The notes: generated by a model from the letters alone, not told the origin. Counted from the first letter of the whole stretch, positions 36,662 to 49,710 are shown. The stretch: DNA of 63,973 nucleotides, filler included, from Circinaria calcarea (GCA_051942165.1; 14 parts of 14 records of this genome joined end to end with filler, not necessarily neighbours in it), one strand, 5' to 3'. A program made the numbers and translations.

Positions 36662-37694
36662 GCAAAAGAGAGGATCGAGGAGCTGAGGGAAGCCCTGACC
36701 AGTGTAAGATCGCAGCGGGATTCCGGACGGGCAAGAATCCAGGAGCTGGAAACGATCCTATCAACGTTCAAGCAAGATTACAACCCCAACTTCAACGACG
36801 AGGGCGTAAAGCGGACTGTGAGAAGTTGGGAAGAGTACGCAGCCAGAGATAGGTCTTCGGAAGAAGGTGATGCGGTGCATGATCGGGATTTGGACGAGAT
36901 TACAAAGCCAGATCATGAGACGGGCGCTATCAATTGGGCCGAATGGGAGAGAAGCGAAGAAAGTGATGTGGAACTCCGTAGGGCTGCTTTCTCCTTTACG
37001 CAGATGCTTTACGACTAACATTCTTCTAGTCTACAAATTTGAAGAATACCTTCCCAAATCCGTACGCGACTGGGTCGATCAGAAGCTGCGGGATCTTCGA
37101 GTTGTTCTTGTGGAGAATGGCATCTTGGCGGCCTCGAGCGCTAGCGGTCCGGGCTCCGAATCTCAAGCAGTAATTGACGCCAGGGCATCCCTCAAAGCTG
37201 CACAGGACACTCTAAACGGCCAGGTGGACCAGCTCAAAACCCACCAAGAAGATCTCAAGAAGGACTTTGGTCCTGAGGACGTGTTTCGCGCCCTCAAGGG
37301 CAAATGTATCTCCAAGGACTCGGGCGAATACACCTACGAACTCTGCTGGCTTGACCGAACAACTCAGAAGTCCAAGAAAGGTGGAAGCCATACCGGTATG
37401 GGTAATTTTGTCGGGATCGACACCATCACGGTCGATGACGAAGTTCCGCCGGATGGCAGAGGTATCGGTTCCGGGGAGAGGATGGCGCTGAGGTATGAGA
37501 ATGGCCAGCACTGCTGGAATGGACCGGCTCGGAGTACGCTGGTGGTTCTGGGCTGCGCCGAGAATGACGAGATCTGGAGGGTTGTGGAAGCGGAGAAGTG
37601 TGTGTATAAGATGGAGGTTGGGACGCCGGCGGCCTGTGCAGCCGGAGGCAACGAAAGCGGGAACGGAAAAAGGGGTATAAAGGATGAGTTGTGA
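36662..37694 (+). CDS. GTB1: Glucosidase II beta subunit, C-terminal part (5'-truncated); 1 intron
   Basis: YNPNFNDEGVKR, MRH domain CISKDSGEYTYELCW...YENGQHCWNGPARST...EAEKCVY, and C-terminal KDEL. Confidence 0.93.
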
Positions 37695-39563
37695 TTGAAT
37701 ATGGGTTTAGTGTAGGGTTATTAGGTGAGAGAAGATTGAGTGGATTATTCTTCGAGAGTAAGTTGGGAGCCAGCGCAGGAATGTTGGATCATCCCAGAGG
37801 AGCTTGGCAAGGCGGATGACCCTACCCTATGTAATACTCTGCCAGCACGGGCCAGATCTGCTTTTCATTGAAAAGTCTGTGTTTATTCTCCAATCCATTG
37901 GTTGAAGGATTCGCGGTGATCGACTTTGAGCGCCGGGACATTCAATCTCTAGTGTCGCAACTTCAATCCCCAGGAGTCGAGGGCTCTTCTACAAAGTATA
38001 CTATTACATATTGGAATTCTCTCACCAGTGGTGGCTAGGAGTCATTTTATGATGGCTGGTACCTCGTTCTGCCATTGACTGCAACCACAAGTTCCCCAGG
38101 AACCAAAGAGTCGGCGGGCTAGTTGATGATTCATCTGGGGAATAGCCGCCGATGGCCCCGGCTCCGATTGATGGAACAAGACCTGCAGGACGCAGGCTGC
38201 GGTGACGAGATGGATGTCACGCATGCCCTCCTCTGCAGGTAAGCTTTCAGGAACGAAGAAAAAGGAGGCCTTGGGATTTGAGTGGAAATGTGTGTCGGAG
38301 TGAGTGGCCGGTTTGACTAATACGACGAATAAATTCGCCTAGTTTGATCCGAAGCGGATTTGACCTCGCCGTATGATGATGACGGTGACTGACTGGCGTG
38401 TTGGCTCCAGTGCCAACTCTTTGTCTCCATCCACCGAAGGTTGGAGTCAGCGAGTTATCCTGTAGGGATTCCAAGACTGGTCTTTATTGGATTTGCCTCC
38501 CGACGACCGTCAACGATACTTTTGTTGAAGTCGGAGTGAGATTGACTGCCCGTCTTGGATGCGAAATGATGGTTGCTTTCGGGTGGGCGATCCCTGTCAG
38601 GACCTCGGCAACCCGCGCTAAAGAGACCCAATGAGATGGTCGAGCCGGACAAGAGACCGGGAGTCCAAGCCAATGCAGGTCCTAGCGCGAAGTTTCATCG
38701 GCTGCCCCTGACGCTTTCCCTTCCCTTTAATGTCATGCTCCCGTAGGCTGGCCTCCCCTCGGCCAATGGGATCCCTCCCAGCCGGTCCCTTTTCCTTAGC
38801 TGTGCCTCTTCTCGAACATCCTTTCCCACTTGTCGCATGGCAATTTCAGCAAAAAGGCCGCGGGAAGAAAAAAAGCCCCTTGCCCCTGAAGTGTCCGATA
38901 ATCTGCACCAGGCCGTATCACGCCGCCGCCGGCCAGGAGCGTGCGGCCCCTTGATTCGTCGAGTCCGGCTTCCAACGCGGGCGAGTGGACGAGTGGGCAT
39001 TTGTGGAGGGGCGTTGGTGTTTTCTTTCGACAGAGGGAGGCAGGTCATCGGATGCAGGGGCGTCCTGGACAAAGGGCCGGCCGGTAGGATTCTCCACCTA
39101 GATCGATGATGGAATTTCCATCATATCTTGCATATCTCCCTCATGCTCCGCCGTTTCCTGTCAGGTGAGATTCCACTCGAAATCCGGGGGAACTCGTGAA
39201 TTCTTCCTGCGTACTTTGCACCGTGCCACCTCTTCTCCATTGACGAGCTCCTGGTTCTCTTATCCCTTATCCCTTATCCCCCCGCCACGCGAGAGCTACA
39301 GTACGTAGCCAGGGATCATTCCTCAAACACGCTACAGCCCCCCCGGCTCGAGTGGCCCGCACCCTAAACACACATCGCCCCCGGGACCTGGACCACTTTC
39401 CCGTTGGCAAGGAGGACACTGATAATGCGTGAAATGAGCCAAATGTGCGAAATGAGCGAAATGAGCGGCTTCTCCCCTCGCGACCTTTAACCTCTTTTGC
39501 GGCCACCTTCAACCGACACAGTCTCCTTCCGAGATTGCTCTCGACACGCTGCCACCCTACTCT

Positions 39564-39603
39564 GACCACCGACCACCGACTACCGACTACCGACTACGAC
39601 CAC
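39564..39603 (+). repeat. Imperfect (GACYACC)n heptamer tandem repeat, about 6 units
   Basis: gaccacc gaccacc gactacc gactacc gactac gaccac. Confidence 0.75.
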
Positions 39604-40216
39604 GGCACAGGGTTCGCGTGGACGGCTCCTGTTTGCCATCCTCTGCATTGGCCAAAAGGAAAGATCCTCCACTCCAACACTCTCCTCCTTGTTTGCTTGG
39701 CTGTCCAACCTTTCTTTCCTTCACCCTCTCCTCCGTCTGCTCTGAGAGTCCGTTGGAGTATCTAGGACTCGTGCAGTACAACTCTTGACCAACCATCCAT
39801 TGGATACCCCTTCGACCGTCGATTGACTTGGCTGTCGTCTACCTTCATCTACCTCGCAGTCAGATCAAATTGCAATTGCGTTCAACCCCTCGGAATCCCA
39901 AGCCGCATATGCACGAAAGGCGTATTGACTGCTCTTTTCAACTACGCCAAACGTCGCCGAACTCACCCTCTACCAGACTTTTTGCGAAACTAGATTAGAG
40001 GAGAACTTCTGCTCTGGTCGTCAGTCGTGCTCACATAGCTTGACAGCAGCTATTCGACAAGTGTAGAGAACATTCGGCAGGCTTAGTTGTAGGTGAGGAT
40101 GAGGATTATTGAATAGCTTGGTTCATCAACAAACCCTGAACGCACTCGGTAGATCCGGTGTGGTCTTACATTTTCCATATAGGGCTGGGCCAGTGTCGTC
40201 AATTATCACTTTCAAC

Positions 40217-41137
40217 ATGAATCCATTCAGGGCAAGGAAGAAGTCTCACGACGGTGGCGAGCCACTACACCAGCAGCGAGTCGATACCCCTGACCTTCCT
40301 GTTCGCCCTCCGGTCACCTCCCGAAATCGAACATTCAGGCGGAACAAGAAGGTGAAGCCTGAGCCCAAAATCGAGCTTGACCTCACCATGGTATTACCTT
40401 CATCGGATGAGTTTCGCACTAGCCTTCTCATGCCCAATCTGTCCGCGCGGTTCAGTATGTTGCGGGAACAAGATGACCCAAATTCGAAGCTGGGGAAGGC
40501 GAATGATGATAGTGTTCTGTCTCCGAAGCGACCGTCAAGGCTCTTTCTGTTTGCTGAGGAAGGCCTAACGGACATTACAGAGGTCGCATCGCTATCGGGG
40601 TCTATCCGTCCGCCTTTTGCATATGGTAGATCAGGCTCCCAAGTATCGACGGATGGTTACGGTACAGATGACGACACTTCGATGAGCGGAGGCGTGATGG
40701 GCCGATCAAAACCGGGTCAGGGTAATAAGTTCTTTGGGGGGCGACAGAAAGTTTACAAGATACCAGTCGTGGAGTCGGCCCAATCGGTCGAAACCCGGGA
40801 AAATACTCCCAACGGAGAAGGCAAGGATTGGAAGGCCAAAGCTGTCTACGATGACGATATCGTAATGTCACAGTTTCAGCTACGGAAGAATGAGGAGAAA
40901 GAGAAGATTGAGGGTTTGACCCCTGAGCAGGAGAGCAACAGTGAGAGGTCATCTCGAGATAATGAGCGCCCTAGGTCGCCCCCCTATGGAGATTATAATA
41001 AAAAACGTGAGACTACTTCTTCAACGACATCGGGACCTTCCTATGCACGTATGTCGACTGCTGCTACATCGGTTGCGTCGCGCAGTGCTTCATCGCTACA
41101 TCATACTCCGAGCGTCAAAACAGGGAGTTCTTCCAAC
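40217..41137 (+). CDS. Conserved Pezizomycotina hypothetical protein, N-terminal part (3'-truncated)
   Basis: Open from ATG 40217 to the contig end. The block LPSSDEFRTSLLMPNLSARFSMLREQDDP..KLGKANDDSVL looks conserved; function unknown. Confidence 0.75.
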
Positions 41138-41618
41138 NNNNNNNNNNNNNNNNNNNNNNNNNNNNNNNNNNNNNNNNNNNNTTAATTAATTAANNNNNNN
41201 NNNNNNNNNNNNNNNNNNNNNNNNNNNNNNNNNNNNNTAATAATATAGTCCGGCTATAAGACCCGAGCACAGCGGCGGCCCGCGTGGTATTATCCCCTGA
41301 CGGCCGGCTGCTAGCGTTTTTGCTCTGACCTTCGTTGAATTGGGAGTTGATACCCGGGAGGCTAAAGTGAGAACCCTAGAGGGAAAGTAGTAGACGTGTT
41401 TTACCATCCGAACACATTCTCATTAGGGCCGATCTGGATTACTGACGCTTTGATTACGTATGCAGCATGTGACTATATAACAGCCCAACTGGGGATCGCT
41501 CTACTACGTCCAGTCCTATTTATTTACTGTGTTGGTCTGTGACGCTAGGATGAATCTTGCCCCCGGACCTATTACAATTGTCCTGCTCTGGCTATTGAGA
41601 ACCCCTTACTCCATCTAG

Positions 41619-41970
41619 TTATCCGTATCTCTCCTGTTCGTCCGGGGTTCCAAGCAGTTTGATAGCCGGTACGAAGGATATCGGAAGCAATTTCTCTTGC
41701 TTGAGCAAAAGTACGCAGATATGTCTGTGACGACGAAAACAGATTGAACTCAGGTGTTGCTAGTTCTCGGCGACGTATGCCACGAGCTGATTAGCCAGGT
41801 TTCCGCGCCGAAGAGCATCCGCGGCCTTATCATAATTTGAAGCGGTATGATAGCAGTCCGCGGCGTTGTTGAATGAGCCCGCTTTTTCATACAATGATGC
41901 AGCTTTACCGTACTTTTTCTTCCCAGACCACAGCTTGGCCGCTTCTTCGAACTCCCCCATCCTCTCAAGG
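41619..41970 (-). pseudogene. Fragment of a TPR-rich protein, resembling fungal TRANK1-like UvrD helicases
   Basis: GEFEEAAKLW...YGKAASLYEKAGSFNNAADCYHTASNYDKAADALRRG, an in-frame TAG at 41760, then QHLSSICFRRHRHICVLLLKQEK...IKLLGTPDEQE. No intact upstream coding frame. Confidence 0.5.
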
Positions 41971-42449
41971 TTTCGAACTGAGCTAGATTATGGTCCGCAG
42001 TGTTAGCAATTGCAGATCTTCTGACAGGTGGAGCTCGATTATCCATGATTATTGACAGCACGACCAAACGACCAAGAGAGAATAAGTAAACGTGGAGGGT
42101 TTAGTGTATTCACCATCGCATAGCGTAGACGTGTCGCAAGTTGCAATGCGCCTTCGCTCCAGCCAAAAGAAAAAATTGAAGAAAGTACTGGTCGGAAAAA
42201 ACACGGGGAATGGAACCTCCGATCCGACTCATCCAGGCGAAGCACCAACAATTTAGTGGCCTGGATTGTGATTCGGTGCTAAAGCATATCTACCGTTACA
42301 CAGAGAACACCCCACTCATTGCCCGGCGGAAAGAGAGCCATTGCTGTTACCTTTAGACTGAGAGCTCTATCCCTACCAATCATTATAACCTCTAAATATC
42401 GGGCGACTTGAGATCGAATTCTAATTCATTCGTCGATACGATCATCATT

Positions 42450-44057
42450 ATGGCAAAGAAGAAAGATAGAAATAGACCAGCTAGCAAACCTTCCGGCTCT
42501 CAAGATACGCCTAAAGAATCCTCAGCTGAGGATATCCTTCTTACGGACGCTGCTGATGCAGTCGAAGACGAGCCTGATACTTCGTAGGACCTTGCTCCGT
42601 TGCAACTCCATCCATGAGCTAACAGATATTTTCATTCACCTAGCCCTTATCGTACATCCCCTTGTACCCTCATAATCGGCCCCGATCGTGTACAATATAC
42701 CGTTCTGCAAAAATTCCTAGACAGATTTCCGCAGTTAGCGGAACGATGCAAGGGCGACGAATGGAATTACTCCTTGAATAACACCTTCGAGTTACCTGAT
42801 GTTGACAAAGACAGTGGTCACACTCTAGTACACTACCTGTACACTAGATCCTATCAGACGCTTAAGCTACAGGACCTCTCGGATGATGCCAAGAATCTTG
42901 CCAGGTACACCAGAAGCATGCGTCTATACTGTATCGCAAAGCAGTACGGCCTTAGTGGTCTTGAAGAGCTGTCGAAACATCATGCAGAGATCTATAACGT
43001 TGGCATTTCATTCACCGAGTTACTAGATGTAGCAGAAGAAGTCTTCAAGAAACTCCCTGATGATGAAGTATGGTTTGCCGACAGCCTAAAGACAAAGATG
43101 AAGAAGGCCTTTGAGACAGACAAGTCCGTCTTCACCAAAGACGCATTCTTAGAACGCATAGGAAACGTCAAGAACCTCAACAGAACTTTGGTGAAGTGTA
43201 TCACAGCAATCTACCATGAAAAAGATTCCCTCACTTCAGGAAAGCCATCAGAAGAACGTGTCTGTACAGGGGAATATATCGACGTGGAAGTACTCCCTTC
43301 CCCATGTGATTTGGACAGAAACGTTGAACCCGTCACTGCGCAAGCACCTGTCACAGCAGATGAACCGGCTTTAGAGGAAGTGGCGAAGCCTTCCACCTTT
43401 GGCTCCGCAGGGTGGGGAACGTCTTATTCTAATTATCATGGCTCCTCTTTTCTATACGCCAAGGTACCTTTCTGGTCCGCGCAGATCTCCCAGCCTGAGA
43501 AACTGGATACAGTTTCCAATGAAGAGTTCAAGAAACTTAAGGGAGGCAATGTAGGAAACGAGACAGAAGCTGGAGGAGCTCCTCCTGACTACGAGGTCTG
43601 GGCTCCAAGCTCTAAGAAAAGTAAGAAAAAGAAACTCGAGTCAAAGACGAACCAAATGTTTGAATCAGACCTTGTACTCCCTGCCTTGGAGGAACCTGTG
43701 CCAACGCAAGAGGAGAAAGCGGTGGAGACAGAGGTGAAAGTTCCACCCCTTTGCAACGAGGGTTTCTGGCCTGCAAGTTCTGAGAAACACAAGAAGAAAA
43801 ACAAATCCAGGCTCGTCGACTGGACACAAATAGAGGAAGCCGAAGTCGTAAAACCAGCTCTAGAAAAACCTATACCAGAGCTAGGCGACTATGATTCCGG
43901 TTTATTGGTCTCCGAAGACATTACAGACAGCTGCACGTCGCGCGCAACCCATCTTCAGGAAGACACACTTTTGATAAATTGCCCGTCGTGTCATGCTTTT
44001 GTGGAGCGGGTGGCAAAGCGAATCATCATCAAAAAGAACAGGAATGGGTTTTGCTGA
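42450..44057 (+). CDS. Hypothetical protein with degenerate BTB/POZ-like N-terminal domain and internal repeats; 1 intron
   Basis: PDTS|PY split by an intron, LPDVDKDSGHTLVHYLYT.SYQTL and YCIAKQYGLSGLEELSK. C-terminal C-x5-H...C-x2-C motif. Confidence 0.7.
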
Positions 44058-45810
44058 ATGTAGCGCATAGCTACTGCATGAATGAGATTGTCGCGCTGAC
44101 CGAGAAGAGGTCCTTGACGAGTAATGACGATTTATAAGGTTCATCTTGGGGATTAGGCTGTTAGTTTGACGACTTGAGTAGAAACTGAAGACCCACAATC
44201 GCTTGATGAGAATTTTAAATGTCCGCAATCTCCAACGATCTTGTCCTAACCAAGTACATGACATATCTAAGAAAAAGCGGCAGCCACGAATAAAATGATA
44301 CAGGCCGACCTTCAGACTTCGCTAATATTGGTGAGAAACAAGGTACAGTAACAAAGTCATTTAGGGTTGAATGCGCAATAGGATTATCTCAATAGCGCGG
44401 TCGTACTCTCGATGTCTCCAGGTGTAGTTCGCCTGGACATAACTTCCCCAGGTATGACTAAGTTCAGAGCCCGCAGAAAGAAAAGAAATGGGATACCTGA
44501 GGTGTTAGTAGAGGAGCCAGAGTCAGAGACATCAAAGCTTGGATAACGCTTAGCACTAACGTAGCCTTATTAACACCAAAGGCAGGTAGGTCATTGATTA
44601 GGCATACTCACAATGAGTCTATCAACAGGATTGTAAGTGTACTGGAATGCTCCTGTGGAAATCGAGTTTTGATTAAGCAGTCGGATGGATATTAGATTCT
44701 GAACACTTTAGCTAGGCTATAGAATCTTATACATACCGAAGTTTTCGGTTGAATAGCATATTCTATTGGGTTCTAGCGACCAAGACTTTGCTCGAGAGAA
44801 TCGTGTATACGGATATAGGGTAGAGAATAATATGATAAAGGGAGTACTAACAATAGGAGTACTCGCCAAGGGAATACTAACAATCGATCCTAGATTCAAG
44901 TTTCGCTTACCATACTCCTTCGTCATAATGTGAGGGAAATAGCGTGCTTCGCTATGTCCTAAGGAATAGGCAAAGACGCTGTCGAGTGTGGGCTTTATGT
45001 CGTAATAAGAGAAGAATTAGAGGATATATGACATGAACTGACTGCTACAGTGAAATGCGCATAGAAGGATCATACAATAGCTAAATCCAATACTGCTTCT
45101 ATACTGCTATACTGCTCTGCTGCTCCGTACATGTGTGCCTATCCGTTCTTATAGAATAACTGCCCTCTATGCTCGCCTGATTACTACCTATGCCTGCTTG
45201 ATTACTAGTTCGCCTTGGCTCCACAATGCGAGGCCAGGCTACCTGGTATGCCCTGGATCGTCTACAGTTAGAATGGCTGCACACCAAGGTATGGTTGGAA
45301 GGGGAGGAGGCGGAGGATATACCGGAAGAGCCAGGATGTAAATACAAATGCTCTTTAACCGCCCAATTTGGCTTGCCATGCCGCCATTGAATAGCGGAGG
45401 TATGCGTGGAAAGGGAACGGCTGCCTCTTTCTCTCCTCCACCCTCGCTGGTTGATTGATGGACCACCCGTCAGCGAAGGGTAGACCATGTCCTGGACATC
45501 GAGAGAGCCATGAACGTTTCTTACCCCCTCAAGACATATTAACTCCTTCCTGGGTCTAAATTCAACCACAAAATTGCCGTGCGGATGGCGTAGCACTTAG
45601 GATAACACATAATGAAGTATAAGACCGTAGAGTATTTTATTTAAAAAGTACCTAAAGCTAATATATATAATAATGTGAGGCACGAGCAATATAATAGCTA
45701 TACGTAGTATNNNNNNNNNNNNNNNNNNNNNNNNNNNNNNNNNNNNNNNNNNNNTTAATTAATTAANNNNNNNNNNNNNNNNNNNNNNNNNNNNNNNNNN
45801 NNNNNNNNNN

Positions 45811-46004
45811 GAACCATTCAGCTTGTTCTTAATCTTGTTGGCTTCAGCCATTGGTAGCTCTACGTAGCCGTAACTCCTTTCTGGAAAGGTTTGGATGTGG
45901 TGGAACGATATGTTAGAAGCGGTCTGAAGAATAGGCGGAGGTAGAATGGTGAATAGGAGATTTGAGTTCAAGGGAGAGATGTGTAGCCGTATGCGCTCGG
46001 TCAT
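45811..46004 (-). CDS. N-terminal RRM-like domain of a nucleolar Nop8/NOL8-like protein (3'-truncated)
   Basis: RLHISPL...NISFHHIQTFPERSYGYVELP..EANKIKNKLNG. Confidence 0.7.
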
Positions 46005-46528
46005 CTATGCTGACAACGGTGCTATCGATGTAGTAGCAATATGAAGGATGAGGTCACATGGACCGTCAGCGCCAGCTTAACAGACGCTAGCCTAGATCCT
46101 TATGACAATCTCAGACGTCGACAAAGAAAGTATCCGTTAGGTGTGATAGTGCGACTGAATGTCAACACGAAGAAAGGTCCTTAGTGCCGGAGCCTAATTA
46201 TCCCGAGCCAGGGCCCTTTTGTGCTTAGGGCTCTGTAAACTGTAGCGCCGGTATCTCTGTATACTAATAGTATGAGCTTACTCTACTGGACTCTCTTTAA
46301 AGGCCTTACACTGACATTAAGTAAGTATTGATTTGACAAACATCACATGACCCTCGATCCTTCCACTATTTTACACAAGCTGTGATTCGTCTGGTTCTAC
46401 TGATCGTCGTCTGCATACATGCATCTCATCCCTTGTCTCCTTCACGTATGCCAGATTCCCCATTTCCAAAACAGCATCTCGAGCCCTGACAGAGGCTGAG
46501 ACATCAAGTTCCTTTGCGTCACAACGCT

Positions 46529-48355
46529 TTACTCTCGTCCACGTGGCTTGAATATCTTCAATAAACTTCGCTGGTGTTCCGCCGGCAGTGGGGGCAACTC
46601 CTTTTCAGCATTGACTTCGACCTGTCCCTTGCCGTCGTCTGCTGTTTCCTTCCCTGTGCGCTCTTCCGGTCCTCTCCATACTGTTGGAGGCCATTCTTTG
46701 CTAGCTGTAATTTCATCCTTTGATCCATTCCCTATCTCTTCTATCCTGTCCTCTTCATTCACGTATCCCTTCTGATATTCCTCGAGCCAAGGCATTACAC
46801 GCTCCCTGCTCCGGCCGCGTCTGCGTTCTCGCTCCCTCGAGTCGATGGAGACAGCGTCTTCTTCCAGCTCATGCGCAGCAAGGAAGTTGTCATCGCTTTG
46901 CAATGAGCCCATCTCTCCATGCTGTTCCCTCCTTACGTAAGCGGCATCCTCGAAATCCTGGCTCCCAAGAGCATCACCAATACTGCTTCCTGCAGCCGGA
47001 TCCGTCCTTTCACTGTCGTTTGCGATACCAGTAATAGGGAAGTTATCTACGAGAACATCCGAATCAGATCTAGAATCTATCCAGTTTTGTTTTTCTGGTC
47101 CACTGTCCATTCTATTCTCCGGTTGGCGTCTCTGCCCTTCTGCCACAACGTAACGATCTAATGCCGTTGGCCTATACGCCGAGCTCACAAGTGGAACTCC
47201 AACATTAGGACCTTGGAGGTTGCCGTCAGAATTCGGACTGGAGCTTGTGACAAGCGTCGAACTGTCAATTGGTGACAGCGCATTGATAGGGTTTGTAATC
47301 GACAAGGGAGATAGAGTTGAAGATGGCTCCATGGGTTCCGTACTGGTATCGTTATTTCCTCCTCGACGAGGCAATGAATTACTCATTACCGGAAGTTCAA
47401 CCTTCCTTTCTTCTTCTTTCTCTGGCATGTTGGTTTCTTGCTTCCTCTCCTGAAGTGATGTATCTAGTACTGCCGTCTCAGGCGTCAATCCTATGTCCGT
47501 CGTCCCCTGGACCGTCGTCATCTCAGTAGTCCCCTGTACACCTCCCACCGTCGTGCCACTAGCCCCTGCATCCTTCTCCTTCGCACTCTCCTTGCTACCT
47601 CCCGTCTTCCCTCTTCTACCACGACTAACACTCCTACCACCACCGCTCTTCCGATCTCGACTCACGCTCCTCAAACTTCCCCTCAACCTCTCAGCCTGCA
47701 CCCCAACTCTCTCCACCTCTTTTGTTTTCTCTTGCACAAGCAACTTCCACTTCTCAATCTCCAGTTCCTTATTGCGGATTTCCAGTTCTTGCCGCGAGCG
47801 ACGTCGCAGGTAGGAAAGGGTCGTAAGTCCCAAGCTGGTCAAAGTGAACCCCAGCGAGAGTATAAACCAGATGATGTACGCCGCATTGATACCTGCCAGG
47901 GGCCCTGCATTCGCACTCGCAAGTCTCCTCGCCCGTCTGACGGAGACAATATCTTCAATCATCAGGACCCCGGCGACAACCGTACTACCAATCAACACCT
48001 GCGTCCCCACCACCCAAGCCCACAACCCTCTCTTCCGCAACATCCCTCTTCCCAATGTCCTCCACTCCTTCCTCTTCTCGTTATTCTCATTCCCAACCCC
48101 TTCTTCATCCTTCTCACCCTCCCCCATCTCAATCACCCTCCCAGCCCGTCCTGTCTCTGCATCCCTCGTCGCAGCCTGCTCCAAGAACTCGGCGTATGTC
48201 TGGCCCGGCGTGCTCGGGCGCGAACGCCAGGCTGTCAGGTTATGGGAATCGGCGCCGAGGGGTAAAACCGGGGAGGGAGGTGAGTAAAGCGGATTCGCAG
48301 TTGAGAAGGGTCGAGAGAGGCGGAAGGGATTCCGGAGCGGGAGCGAGGGAGGCAT
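46529..48355 (-). CDS. Hypothetical membrane protein (2 TM, coiled coil, disordered acidic tail); intronless
   Basis: 608-codon open frame from ATG 48355. Hydrophobic segments LWAWVVGTQVLIGSTVVAGVLMI and YIIWFILSLGFTLTSLGLTTLSYL. Confidence 0.7.
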   Translation of the reverse strand: MPPSLPLRNPFRLSRPFSTANPLYSPPSPVLPLGADSHNLTAWRSRPSTPGQTYAEFLEQAATRDAETGRAGRVIEMGEGEKDEEGVGNENNEKRKEWRTLGRGMLRKRGLWAWVVGTQVLIGSTVVAGVLMIEDIVSVRRARRLASANAGPLAGINAAYIIWFILSLGFTLTSLGLTTLSYLRRRSRQELEIRNKELEIEKWKLLVQEKTKEVERVGVQAERLRGSLRSVSRDRKSGGGRSVSRGRRGKTGGSKESAKEKDAGASGTTVGGVQGTTEMTTVQGTTDIGLTPETAVLDTSLQERKQETNMPEKEEERKVELPVMSNSLPRRGGNNDTSTEPMEPSSTLSPLSITNPINALSPIDSSTLVTSSSPNSDGNLQGPNVGVPLVSSAYRPTALDRYVVAEGQRRQPENRMDSGPEKQNWIDSRSDSDVLVDNFPITGIANDSERTDPAAGSSIGDALGSQDFEDAAYVRREQHGEMGSLQSDDNFLAAHELEEDAVSIDSRERERRRGRSRERVMPWLEEYQKGYVNEEDRIEEIGNGSKDEITASKEWPPTVWRGPEERTGKETADDGKGQVEVNAEKELPPLPAEHQRSLLKIFKPRGRE

Positions 48356-49053
48356 GATGGATTTCCGAAGTCGGGGTTTCAAGACCTCGGACAAGATCAA
48401 GCGGATGAGAGAAGCTTTAGATGTCCGATTTGTTCTTCACCGCTAGGTGTTCACCCTAGATATCGTTGCAGTCAGAGAATGCTAATCACCCGATACCCAC
48501 TTTTTCAAGCTTTGTACTCCCCAGTTTGTTAACCCTTGTGCTGTGCTGGAATATTCCGAGCTAAGCGAGGGAAAGGGAAAGGGAAATGGAGAGGGAAAGG
48601 ACAAGGATATGGGCAAGGTGCGAATTAGAGAATAGGAGTCACTAAACGCGAGATCACACGGTGTAGTACAGCACAGTAGCATAAGGTGACGAAGTGGAGA
48701 GTGAACAGTGAAGAGCGAAGGCGTCAGAGCCAGTTGCGGAGATTTGGATTTGGGGATGGGAGGGTGTCGGGGGTGAAGTAAAGTGAAGTATGGTTCTTCT
48801 TGGTGGGGGGGGTAATATATCCAATGGTGAATAGGTTTAGTGTTGCGAATTTTTGATCGATGAGTGTTATGGGAGGTATGAATTAGTAAATGCGTGAGAG
48901 AATCAGTAAGTGAATTAATAACGACTAGCACTAGCATTTTCAAACGGCGAAGTCAAAGTCGAAGTCGAAGGTACCGAGATACCACCGGCCTGCAGCGCCA
49001 GGAGCAGGAACAAGGCTGATCTCTTCAACCATCTTAGACGACCTAGGCAGAGA

Positions 49054-49710
49054 ATGTCCGAGTCGGTGTTGGCACGCAAACTAGATCACACCTATTATGC
49101 TGTGGTCCTCGAGTTGGCGAATGGGACATTGATGTACAACGACAGCGACGACTCGCCCGAGTACATGGACATACTAGCTGAGAACCGTATCAAAGATGCT
49201 CTGTTAGTTGTAGACTACCTGGATGACCTTGGCCCTTATCACTTCGATAAAAGAGCCATGTTCGGTGACGCCTCCGGAGGATGTGTCATGCTCATGGATC
49301 CACGTGTTCTCGCCGGCGCAACTCTAGATGGTGCGATCCGTAATCCTAACAAGACTATGGTGATCGATCATTCATTTCTCTTGGTCAGAAGCGAGGAAGG
49401 AGGTGCTGGTAAACCTAAACATGCACTATCTTAGCATAAATTTGGGGTAACCTCCAAGCCTGGAGGAGGGATATGATTGCAGTCAGGGGAACATATGACG
49501 CGCACGGACTCCCCTTTGGTACTTGACCTGTTGAATGTGATGAAATTCTTGCCGGAAGACTATTAAATAGACTTGGGGAGATAGATGAGAAGAGGGTCCT
49601 GGATGTACACTCAGCGTCCCCCTGCCGCGTACTTTGATTTCGCGATTGATCGGAAGAACATCACTTTCTCGGGGGGAACTCCCCCGAGTATCCAGAAGTT
49701 GAATCGTTAG
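49054..49710 (+). pseudogene. Decayed PAF-acetylhydrolase-family alpha/beta hydrolase
   Basis: DHTY.AVVLELANG, RIKDALLVVDYL, degenerate nucleophile MFGDASGG (family GHSxGG) and DPRVLAGATLDG. Stops and frameshifts follow, through WGNLQAW, EH...DSP and AYFDF. Confidence 0.6.

Noticed and set aside
37700..40200. Long GC-rich intergenic region with many short ORFs, possible ncRNA
   Set aside because: No tRNA, rRNA, snRNA or riboswitch motif recognised and the ORFs lack coding character; most likely the promoter/5' UTR of the gene at 40217.
44340..45710. TpA-rich stretch with splice-like signals, possibly a RIP-degraded gene or transposon edge
   Set aside because: No transposase, RT or integrase motif, and no LTR or TIR could be recognised.
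47317..48357. Several long plus-strand ORFs opposite the membrane-protein gene
   Set aside because: Antisense shadows of a purine-biased coding strand; the same applies to most overlapping ORFs in the track.
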